This document shows positions 1 through 12,300 of a DNA stretch of 64,000 nucleotides, in pieces; position 1 is the first letter of the stretch, and every line of letters begins with the position of its first letter. A model generated the notes under the pieces. The model ran no database searches. It was not told the origin of the DNA and saw only the letters and a list, made by a program, of their open reading frames with translations. The position numbers and the translations under genes are program-made. Source of the stretch: Amphiscolops sp. MND2022 (taxonomy: Eukaryota); assembly GCA_964187785.1 (NCBI GenBank), contig OZ076409.1:64420001-64484000 (forward strand), read 5' to 3'.

Positions 1-148
1 TTTAAATTTCCTCTAAACCCGCCTTTATGAATGAACATTGAATTAGATGAACAGATGGATTATTTTTGTTAATCGTCGTCTAAAGCATCTTTAAATCCTA
101 CGCATGTGCTTGAAGAAGAAAACAATGCAATTGTAAGAATCTGCTAAC

Positions 149-364
149 CATTGCCCTTAGGTATGATTGCGACTTTGGAGATATCGGCTGTTTTTGCCAG
201 CATGTACTCAACCCATCCCTTTTTGCTACTTTGGGACACGAAGCAGGAGTTGTCCTTGACCTTCCTACTTAGGTTTCCGTCGTAGGAGCTAACACATCCC
301 ACAGTACCTTCTTTGATCTTGATGGATGTACACGATGCGAAGGGCACAGCTTTGTCGTTATCGG
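149..364 (-). CDS. 216-bp exon, N-terminal half of a second galactose-binding-like domain
   Basis: Acceptor ctaacatctttcag, donor G|gttag; DNDKAVPFASCTSIKIKEGTVGCVSSYDGNLSRKVKDNSCFVSQSSKKGWVEYMLAKTADISKVAIIPKGN (DGN..C..S..W..L..I.KV.I pattern). The in-frame TAG at 144-146 means it could instead be a terminal exon. Confidence 0.65.
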
Positions 365-3300
365 CTGAAAGATGTTAGTTGGAGGTGATATTTTTCCTCA
401 ACAATGATAAACACCTCAACGACTTAGAAACAGTTACTGTAGGCTCCACCCTAGTAAAGAAGCTCCACCCTAGTATCATTGCAAATACTTATGTGTAACC
501 ATTGAAAAACACCTCGGACTTCAAACACAAGACAAAAAGGTGCTGCATCATATGGCAGTTGGACTAAAAACTTTTGAAACTGTCAAACATAGGTTCCCGA
601 CAGGAGTACTACTTACGCTTTTCCAAACACATGTAATGAGTCACCTGGAGTAATCCGTATCGTTTTGCTTCAAAACTAGTTCTTCTCTATTCCTATCACT
701 AGAAAAACACATGAACAGGGCTTTGAAAAATGTGAGAAATGTCCAATTTGGTATCACAACTGAGTTATTGTATTCATTCAACACCTTTAATTAGGGTCTA
801 TTAGACGCAAAAAAATGTGAACAGGCATTAGCTCGACGTTTTGCCTTGAGGCGCTTCTGGCTGTGCATGAGATAAACTTAAATTTCATTTGATTTTACTC
901 AATCCATTTAAATTGATTGAACGTCAACAATTCATATCCGTCATTGATTTTTGGTTTGAAAGTAGTTGCGGTGCATTCTGATTCTGATCTCGATGTTTAT
1001 GATCCAAAAATCAAGGATGTCATTAAATTAGCAACAGTCCATTTTTATAAGTATTCTTTTTCCTCCTTTTGTTCAACTATATATCAACTTCACTTCGATT
1101 TTCTAAAAATGGATGCAAATTTGGTTTTTTTAAATGTGATGAGAATACCGCAAAATCCGCGCAGTCCATCTTTCGGACCATGTGTTCAATATTCCCTGCC
1201 GAGCGGCGACAGGGGGAAATAAGACACACGCAAGGTTCAAATACCATTATGTCGACATCGTTTGCGTTGAAATTTTCGTCCAATAAAATAATTGATGTCG
1301 ACATAATCTATCCATTACACTGACTGTCAGTTAAAAGTTGCTCATTGGATTTGATCACGGAGAAACTGGGGTGTGGAATTTTCAGACCGTGGCCCGAAAG
1401 CCGTCGTGAAAAACCGTAACACGTAAACCGTAGTTGTGAAAAAAGCGAACCGTGCACATATCTCAAAAATACGAGCGAACTGTTTTATACATTTAACGAT
1501 TTAATTTTAAATGTTTTTGGAGCAAATTCCAACCAGTGAAGCGGCAGTCGAGCGAGTTTTCAGTCGCCATAAACTTGTTCAGTATCAAATACGAGCGTCC
1601 TTACGGGATGATATGGTTGAAAACATTATATTTTTACGCTATAATTCGCAGAGGGCGTTCCCTCATTTGCCATTTTGAGGGCAAGGAAGATGAATGCCGC
1701 GTACTTCTACTACTGATAGGCATTGATAACAAAGATTTTTGATGAAGAAATTTAATTATTTCTGAAGCAAACGTGTTTTTTTCAAACCGTACCTTGAAAC
1801 CGTAAACCGTAGACGATAACCCGTAAACCGTAATTTCAATTCAACCCGTACGGTTCCACACCCCAGGAGAAACTTTGCGTTGAAATAGGGGCCTTTTTAT
1901 GCTACTTTATCTTGTTCCAAGCGTGATTTTTTGCTATTATGGACAATAATATCAAAAAGTTGGGCATTTTTTTGCCTGAAGTGTCGAAACAGTTGTAGAG
2001 ACAAACCTCTAAGTATTTACATTAATATAACATTCTCTAATCAGTGAAATATTTTTATTCAAGAAAAAAATGTGTTTTCGATTTGGGAGGATGAATTGAA
2101 CACATGGGGGTTAATTCGCAAGAAGGTGTACCTTGAACACATGTTCCCATCTTTCAAGCTAGTTTGTGACGTTGGTAGGACTTAAGAGTTTTTAGCGGAG
2201 GACAAATGTTCAATTGCAATTGAACTTTTGGCTCTCGGTATGCCGTGAGGTGCTTTGATCGCTCTTCAAATTTAACGCTATCGCTAGCTAACGCTCTCTG
2301 AAATTATCGTTATCACTAGTTACCGCTATTGTCTTAATTAGGAGTACTTCCGCGAAATGGCACTTTTTGTTCGAAAAAAAACAACTTCGCTGATTTCCTG
2401 AACTTAAAATGAAACAACACTCACGCAGTTTTTTCATAAATTTTAGACACTAAAGCGACGACGATCGCTCTATTTTTTAACTTCTGACCAATTTTCCTCT
2501 TATAAATCATGTGAAAATTATTCGGGAGAAAAGTGAAATGAAAAATTTAGCTGTTCAATTGAAAATTCAGCTACAGCTATACAGTACTGTGATTAAGAAA
2601 TCGTCCCCCTATGCGCTGAACGTCGTTATCATACAATTAGAATAGCTTATTCGCTCTCACTTTCAATTCTGATTGGCGCATCAAGTGAAATCTCAGGCGC
2701 AGAAAGAACACTTCTGCTATTTTCCCAGTTTTCGGCAAGTTTTTTTTGAAAATTTTTAATTCATCGAATTCTGCAGATTGTATAGAATTCACTGATAATT
2801 TTTTGTTCCAAAAACATTCTAAATGAAAAAATTATCGCAGTTTTTTGCCGCGAAACGTTCATTTCCTATCTTAATACATGTAAATCGACGAAATTTCACC
2901 TTTCGAGCATGATATTGCGAAAACGGTTGATAATTTTTGAAATCGAAAAATATCCAGATTCAGTAGATCTGTGCGAGTTATTTGAGCATAAAACTTGCCA
3001 AACAAACTGTGGATAAAACGGTCAAAAATTGGAAAAACGGAAAAAAGTCCCAAATTTGCTCAAAATCATCTATATGTAACTTTCTCAATTTTCGTCCCAG
3101 AAAAATTTAAAAAACACTTATGTAAACTAGATTAAATTCTAAGAAACTTTTATTTCTGATGTTTTTAAAAATTCTCAACCGATTTCGAGAAAATCGAGCC
3201 TAAAATCGCCCCGGGGGACGTTTTCTTAATCACAGTACTGTATTCCGTTTCTGTAATAAGCGATGGCGACAGCTGAGTTGCGCTTAGCGGTCAAACAACT

Positions 3301-6300
3301 GATTCGGTGGCCAGGCAATCGATTGGCCATAGAAGAAACGTAGAAGGTCGTGTCATCACCATCACGAGGAACAAATCAGTTGGTTTCTTTGCCAAAAGTA
3401 ACACGAAACGTGTGCAAAAATCAAATTGGTGCGCAGAATTGAAAAACAGTTAAACTAAAAAAAAAAAGAAGTTTCCCATTGAAAGTCGGGATCTGGTCTA
3501 TGTTCATGGACCGTGTAAGTGTAATACTGCATGTACGTAGAGGTAACTGGGATCTTTTCTGTTAATTCCACCCCCCCCCCCACCAATTTAATCCCCCCCC
3601 CAGTTAAGCGGTCAAGTGAAATCATCATTGAATTAATAGTAACAACCAATCAAATTGCAGTATTTCATAACTCTAACTGCAACTGAAACTCATCGCTGAT
3701 AGTGGTGGGTAATTAAAATTTCCGCGCTTACTAACGTGGGGGGGATTAACAGAAAAGATCCGGTAACTGTTTGCAGCAAACATAAAAATTGTATCCAGTC
3801 TTACCGGCAAACTCAGCGCAAATGGGGTTGCGTGTAGTAGTGGTAGTAGTAGTGGTACTAGTTGTTGTTGTTGTGGTTGTAGTTGGTGCTGGCGTAGTTG
3901 TGGTTGTAGTGGGAACTGTGGTGGTTGTGGTTGTAGTTGTGGCTATAAACACATGCAATATTGAATAATTAACATTTAGATCAAAATAGGACTGCTTCTT
4001 TTCAATAGTACAGATATCAATTAACATAAGCCTACCACAGGAAGCTATTTCACAATTGGACATCATGGCTTGTTTTTGGCATTATTTTGGAATTCATGGA
4101 CTTTCTAGATGATTATTCATTACATTCAAATCTTACCTATGATCCTAGTTTTCATGAGAACCCATTATACATCTATCGAAATGACGACAAAGCGTTACAT
4201 GATTTGTTAACCAAGGACGTTTTTAGCAAGTGATATCTTATTCGTTTTAGCAAAAACCAATGATGAGCGTTCAAAAACTAAGAGTTATTTTGGTTAGATT
4301 TTTAAGATGAACAAGGAGAAGACTCAAAAAGTGAAATCTAGAATTTATTCCAAACGTGATTGATGATAACTTTTGGGCCTAATACATAACGTTATAATTG
4401 TTTCACGTAAAATTTTCTTTAAATTATTGTACCTTATTTCACAATTAGATGTTGAACTACTAGTTTTAGATCACCAATTTTCTTTTCTAGCGTTGTTTCT
4501 GAGCATCTTTTGTAACTGTATCCCCCTCAGACATGATGCCAGGTTATCGAAAATTGGAAAAGACGGTATTCATTGAACATGACCGACTGCTCATTTGGCA
4601 AACCCTTTATTTGGAAAGGAGGAGAACTGCAGCGGCCAGAGAACCCTTGGGAAAACTCGGAAAAACGAGACAAAAGACTCAATTAGCAGGTCCTGTTTGA
4701 ACTTTGACCGTGATTGCGTCATAACTGTACGATAGGAAGAGGCTACTGTACTTACTGGTTACCTTAAGGTACTTAGCTTAATGGTCATTCTTGGTACGTG
4801 GGGCTCCAGCTCGCAACCCACGCTGTACCTTACTTGTGATTTTGCCGTATAAAGACGGTAATTTTTTCAGCTCGTGAGCTACTGGTTATTGCAGTCTCCG
4901 TCCAAGAATGATGTTCTATCTACGATAGCATAAAATACTTTTTTTTGCTCTGTTTTTCAAGAGTATTGGAACGGATATTCTGGTTAGATTACCACAATAG
5001 TCACCTACTGAATCGATCGGAGGACATTCATCAGAAACGGAACTCGCTCCTACGAGCCATTAACTCAAGCAGGCAAAATGAATCTTTTGACAGATGAAAA
5101 CCTCTCCTGGGCACAAAAGCCATAGGCCTTTAGAATTCTTCATGCTCGCGATGACAAGCTTTGGACGAGCTTGGTGTTACTTATAATATCATAATAAATG
5201 AAAGTTATAACTTTCATTTATTTTGTTTTTATAAGTAACACCAAGCTCGTCGAAAGCTTGCCATCGCGAGCATGAAGAATTCTAAAGGCCTATGGCTTTT
5301 GTCCTTATAATCCTTATAAGGATTTCTTGAGCATCTGGTTCGAATAATTTATTTTGGTTTTCACCCAGGAGTCAGGGAGTTTTTCCAGGATCATAGAATG
5401 TTTCTCGACATGACGAATCCATGAATCATGGATGAAAAGCCATGGTCTGTACCTCTGGGTTTCAACCACGGAAGTCTATTACCCGAGTAAGGCATTTGAA
5501 CGCATCGTTCGATAAACATCGAGGTTTGCTGTTAATAAACATTAATCTCATGAAAGGACCACTTGCATGTTCTTTAACACTTTGAAAGTTTTGGATTTTT
5601 TGGGTCATTGAATCATTTTGCAACATCTATAGTGCTTCTAAATTTGTGAAGCACCCACACTAGGAGCTACCCAGATCCCCTTCACCACAAAAGGTTACAA
5701 ATTAACACGAAAATCAAAGAGACAACATTATTTCTTTAAGTTATCATCGCTAGGAAAACACTAAGCAGACTTCATATTACCCGTGTTGAAACTGCTTGAA
5801 CTTTTTGCATGTACTTTAATGTTGTCAGCAACTTTTATTATGATTTTCTAAAACTTTTACGGAAACTTTCATGCGAAAATATTTTCTTGAAAAGATGCTT
5901 CTTGAAAGATTCATCGAAGTTTTGGCTGCAATTTTAAGACTTGAAGTTTTGCAGGTTTCATTAAGCAGCAGCTATAATCTTAAAAGCAAATAATTTGCTA
6001 TCACGTTTACCGCTAGTTCAATGCAAAAGTACTTTAGTTGCGTAACAAACTGCAAAGTAGCGTCATGTTTAGCGAGCCATTTGAGAAGCGGTTATCATAT
6101 CAGATGAGTAGTTGAGAAAACAAAGTGTTAATACAAAGTGATCATGTCGGTGATGAAGTGGTATTAATTTTTTAATTCAATTGCAGTAGTGGAATATGCA
6201 GTGTTATTCTATAAGATTTACAACCAGAAGTTCACTGACTTTTCTAGGTTTTATAAAATTTACCCTGCATGCACGGCTGCGGCATGTAAAACGTTCCTGC

Positions 6301-9300
6301 AGTTTCAACTAGGGTAGGGTTAATATATAATAACATGTTTGGAACTGTTTTAATTTTTTACATGTTTTTGTAGGTTACCAAGCCAATTTTCCGTAATTTT
6401 GTAAAATTCTCAAAAAAACATCCAGGCATTAAAACTTCACTGATTCGATTTAATTTTATCAAGCTGCCTATAAGATGCATCCTAAATTTGGCGGCAATTC
6501 TGCGGCGCAAAGTTTTGCAGGTTTCATTCAGACGCCGATCTAATTTTGAAAACAGCTGAAATCTTCATCAATTTTACCGCGTTTTTATTGCAAATAAACT
6601 TCAGTCACATTATAGGTTTCAAAGTAGCATCATATTTAGCGTGCTATTTGACTAACGATGATTACAATGATACTCACTTGAGAAACTTACTCGTGAAAAA
6701 AAAGTGATCGCGGCGGTAAAGAAATTGAATTGTTTTAAGTTTTAATTCAAATAGTGGAGGTTGCATTGTAATCCTACAAAATGTTTCCCTGCAGGCTCAC
6801 GGAATTTTCCATGTTTTGTTTTAAAAAATTAGCCTGCATGTTTCCATGCAGCATGTAAAAAGTTCAAGCAATCTCGACTAGGGATATTTCATTTTTCAGA
6901 GAAACGTCATTATTTCATCTAAAGTGCTACTCTGTTTGCCATCAAAAGCTCTGGATGAGTTCTTCAACCTTCATTCTGCATTTTGAAAATTTTGATGATA
7001 TAAATCCAACTATCGTTTCTCGAAAAAATTTTGAAACCTGAAACTGATTTGCACATCTATCTAAGCAGACATTTCAGCCTAAACAACGTACAAACTGCAG
7101 CCATTGCACTTCAGTGTGATTTTCATTACCAACACTGGCGCTCATTGCTTCAGCATTAGATGAAATGTTTAGGTATTATTGCTCCCTTTTCTACAAATTA
7201 AGGCTTAACAAAAAACTCCGGAACTTTTCTATGTGTTCTGTAATATTATCGGAGTGACGAATTTACTTTGCATTTTTCCTTTGACGTCGACCTCACAGAA
7301 TGCCAAGTGCCTGTTGTCGAAAGTCTGTGATAGGAGAATTTGGTTTCCTGGAGCGTCGTTGCAGTTGAAAGCAAGCCAGTGTCCTTGGTCCACCCAATTC
7401 TAAAAACATCAACTGTTTTGGCTTGGTCAAACTTACAAAAAAAGGTTTCTTTCTAATATTAAAACGAAAGAAAAAACTAGCAATCATTTCTTAAAATGAT
7501 AAAATGAAACAATTGCATGCCATTCAGAAAATCAAGACTGAGGGCTAATATACAGATTCTAAATTACCTGTTGCTCAAAGAAATAACCGAAACTGCGAGT
7601 TGTTGTACAAAAAAACGCGTTTTCCAAAACTTTAATGCTAAATATTGGTGATTTGTCTTCTTGCATCGCTAATTTATCCTTTATTATCCTTTCTGAATTC
7701 TTCAGACATTGTCATTATTATTTTAATATTTTGTACATTACAATTTCTGCCAATTTTGACCGATTTTGTTTAAACTCCCAGTCAAAAAAACCATTTAATA
7801 TGGCTTAGCTTAAAGTTACATTGTTCTAAAAATTACAAAAATGATTAACAAAACATTCTTTCAAATGAAATAATCTACTAAAACTTTCTAAACTTCAGTA
7901 GCGTTCTAAAATATCGCAACCTCATTGCTTAAAATGGAAAAATTCAAAACCGAATATCTTGTAAACTGTCACGAATACAAAAATTTGCCTGAACCAAAAG
8001 TTTCTTAGAAGTTTATCTAGTTTACAAAAATGTTTGTTTGAAATTTCTACGTTCCATACTGAAAAAGTAAGAAAATGCAATTTTTAGAAAATTTTAATTG
8101 AAATTTGAGTTTTTTCGAAAATTGCGTGGCTTAGAATTGAAATTTTTGAATTTTTTTTCATTCGGAGACATTTACTGTCTATAAGCCTTGAAGTACATGT
8201 ATTAAGAAAGGCTATAAGAATTGCATTTAGAAAATTGATGATTTTTATTTGAAATCGAAAAAGTTTTTCAATCAAATCATACCAGCATTCTCGGAAGGTT
8301 TGGGGGCAAAGGATTGGCTGGAAACTTTTCAAAATGATTTATTCAACTTTGTGAAAATCAAGAAAAAGTAGAAATTTGATGAATTTTCGTCAAAATCTCC
8401 AATTCTAACTGTAATTTTTGTCGCAGAAAAAATTTCAAACAAACATTTTTGTAAACGAGATAAAAATCTGAGAAACTTTTGTAGCTGACAATTTTTTGTA
8501 TTCGTGACAGCTTTAAAGATATTTGGATTTGAAAACTGAAATTTCAAGCAAAGGAGTTGCGATATTTTAGAACCTACTGTAATTCAAACCACAAATGTAC
8601 AGTACGTTCGTTTTGTTTATGCAAGTGTCACTGAAAAAAGAAATGTAGCTTCAGTGTGTATTGAAAAAGTTCAACATATTGAAACACATCTTGAATGCTA
8701 ACATTTTTTTAAAACGTGTTAAATTGTTTTCACGTGTATTATTCAAAATGCAGGGAATAAAATTTTTGCAAAATGAAATTTTAAGTGTTACCATGGTTAC
8801 CATTCGGTTTGGCAAACTTGATGGTTTTACCGTCATACTTGATGATGGTATCTTTATTGGTCCAAAAAGTAGCCTATATCTATGCTGTTCTTCTCGAAAG
8901 AGAACGGTATATCTTTTATCAGTTATGAGAAATATGAGCTACGAAGGAGAAAAAATTTTTTCGAAAAATTTTTTGTCCTCTTTTTTGTCCAAAAACACCA
9001 AGTATGAAAAAAATTGACGTAATTTGTAAACCAAAAGGTATCCTATAAAAGGCTTGTACAATTTACGAGACCATGGACCCTGTATTCGGTCTCAGCTCTG
9101 AGATATAGGGGATGAAAGATGAAAAGTAGTCAAAAATAGCGTCTTTGCAAAAATTTTTTGAAAAAACCCATGAAGCCGAATTTTTTTCGAAACCTTTTTT
9201 CGACGTAAATGTAACCTAGGATCTTCTATAACTTTTAGCGAAAACATGATGTCCGTATCTGGTCTGGGTTTTGAGAAATTTGCCTCACAAGTTTGAAAAA

Positions 9301-12300
9301 TTGGCACACGTCACGAAATCCGCGGAAAAAAAACAGAGGCGCGACGGCGTGTCGCGCTTAGGCACGAGCAGAAACGTTCAATGGTCTGTAAAAGGTGTTA
9401 CAAATTCTTTGTGTTCCAGGGCCCACAACCTTGTGAACTTATCCAGTCTCAGCCTGCAGAAGGTGAGGATATTTTGATGAAAGAACTAAAAATATGAAGG
9501 AAATTTTTTTGAGAAAAATGAAAAAATGTAATTTTGGCAGAAACCCCAAGGCGTCATACTTCGTGACGGAAACTTTGATAGTACAAAAAGTAGCCTACAT
9601 ACTTGCCTCACTTTGTGAGCGAGAATGGTTTTCGTATCTATTTTCAGTTCTGAGAAAAATCAGCTACAAATAGGAAAAAATGGGAAAACTTCAGAAAAAT
9701 TTTTTCATTACCTTATTTGCTAAAAAAATCCAGAGCGAAAAAAAATCGACATCACTTTTAACCTAAAACGTAGACTACATAAGCCTCGTAAAATTAACGA
9801 AACCATGAACCCCATATTTGGTCTCGGTCATGAGATATACGAGCTCAAGTAAAAAAGAACCAAGAAAACTTTTTGTAGAAAAATTGAAGTTTTTTGGCAG
9901 AAAAACGAAGGCGTCATACTTTATGACGTATCTTTATTGGTCCAGAAGTTGCCCATATCTATGCTGTTCTTCTCGAAAGAGAACGGTTTCTGTATCTTCT
10001 ATCAGTTTTGAGAAAAATTAGCAACGAATGAGAAAAAATTTTCGAAAATTTTTTGTTTTTTCTTTTGCCCAAAAACACCAAGTTTGAAAAAAATTTTGAC
10101 GTCATTTTTAGGCCAAAATGTAGCCTATTAAACGCTCGTACAATTTACGAAACCATGGACCCTGTATTCGGTATCAGTTCTGAGATATAAGTGAACAAAG
10201 ATGAAAAATAGTCAAAAATAGCGTTTTTTCAAAAATTCTTTTGGAAAAAACCCATGAAGCCGAATTTTTTCGAAAATCGTTTTCGGCGAATATGTAGCCT
10301 AGGATCCTGCGCAACTTTTAGCGAAACTATGATGTCCGTATCTGTTCTGGGTTTTGAGAAATTTGCCTCACAAGTTCGAAAAATTGGCACATGTCACGAA
10401 ATCTGCGAAAAAGAACGTCACCATATGGGCATCTCGCAAAGCTCGTGCCCCAAAAAACTGACCTCTGACCTCCTCAGTTGATGAACGATTGTTGAAAGTG
10501 ATAAGCCTGGACTGTGGGTAAACTGATTTGGATTCTTTACGTAGTCACTGATACAATTACTTTATGGTAATTGTATTTCCCGAATTTTCGAAAAAAAAAT
10601 CGTTTTTTATCAATAGCAAATGAATTTGCATAAACAAAAAGAACAGTTTGTCTTTTAAACTCTAAATTTTGGAGGGTAATACAGTTATCTGTTTTCTGTT
10701 GCTTTATATATACTTATGATTCGTTCAAATAAAATGTGTTTTTTTAAACAGAATAGTGTTTTTTCATTTCATTGAGTTCTGACAAAAAATTTCACTTTGC
10801 ATAAACAAAACGAACAGGGTGTATATTAAAGTTTCTCAGGAATTTGGTAAGAGTAACTATGTACATGCAAGACTATTAAAATTGCCCGTTTCTGGGAGAC
10901 TCACAGTGAAATCACAATCATGACAGTCAGCGCCGTCTGTGCAAACGCGAGCGACGATTGAGTTGACGTCATAAAGACCTGAAATCCACAAAAACGATAA
11001 AACATTCAAACACACAGACAAGGTTGTTGTTTCATAAAGGTACTCCGGGTATGTGAGTTAACGTACATTATGGTGTAATCTGAAATTAATTGCACATTTA
11101 TCTTTCTCTACAATTTAGATACAATTACTTTTCAAAAACGATTGCTCGGGCCGTATCAATAATTTCTTTGAAAAAAAGACATATTTTGATCAATACCTTG
11201 TAACAAATTGTCTCCTTTTTTACATCGCCTTGTCCACGAAAACACGATGTCATAAGAAGTAATCCAAAGGTGTAACTAAATCAATAATATTGACCTACCT
11301 TGAGCCCAGTCCCCACATTCGAACTCTGTGCCTTCGTAGTATGCCTCTTGACACTCGAAGTTTGGCGGCAGTCCGTCTGAAGAGAAAGTTTACAGACCGA
11401 GCTTCAAATCTATGTGAAACCTTAAAATGAATTTCGAAATGAAGACGATTTTGGGCAAAAACACTGGATAAATATACCCAGACGTGCTGAACTGTTGAAT
11501 GATTGACTGGCTGCGTCTACGAAATGTTCGTGCGAAAGTGATTTCTGGAATACCCCATTGAAGTTGATTTTGATTTTTTAAAAACTGCATAAACATGATT
11601 ATTCTCTGAGATGAGATGATTGCGTCCTTTTTGAAACGACAGAATTCAAGTAAGATCCATTGGCTAACCGTAACCCAGAACTCCAACTTCGGCCACCTTC
11701 GAGTGAGGGATGTTCAAAGTAGCTGTAGGGTACTCCTGCGTTTCAGAAGTGATGTAGTTGTTCTTGGAATAGTAGCAAGTTTCCGGGGATTCAATTTCCC
11801 CTTCTTTGCTGTAACCTGCACTAATTTCATTGTTACTGTCCGCACCAACTGAAGCCATCCCACCGGTGATGAAAATCGAGGATTCTGAAATTAACCAAGC
11901 TTTTAGTTTAACCTCAATTGCTAGTGTTTCACTTAAGTTGCCATCAAATATCCGGAGCTGTGTGAAAAAGTCTTATTCAAATATCATTAAAAGGAAAAAT
12001 CTCATCTTGTGATTGCTCTACAGAAGCGAAATCTTTGGAAGTGAAAACTTTCAAAAATTTTCGGCAACTTTTTGTGTAAATAATCGCTTTTTTTCATTTC
12101 CAGTTGACGACAAGCGTTGCTTGATCAATTTTCGTTTTTTTTTCGAAGTGCTGATTGAAAAAAAAGTTAAATACTGAAAAATGGTGGCTATTTACGAAAT
12201 AAGAAACGTTTTGTCTGAAACACTTTGTATTCTTCTTTTCTTCTTCTAAAACATTTTGCATTAAAAACTAATAAGCACTCAAATTTGGGAAACATGAACT

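Noticed and set aside
3243..3560. Further candidate exons of the lectin-like gene (EKIPVTSTYMQYY from 3558; PRDGDDTTFYVSS near 3370; also ~2131-2180 and ~617-698)
   Set aside because: A unique phase-consistent donor/acceptor set could not be fixed by eye; left unresolved.
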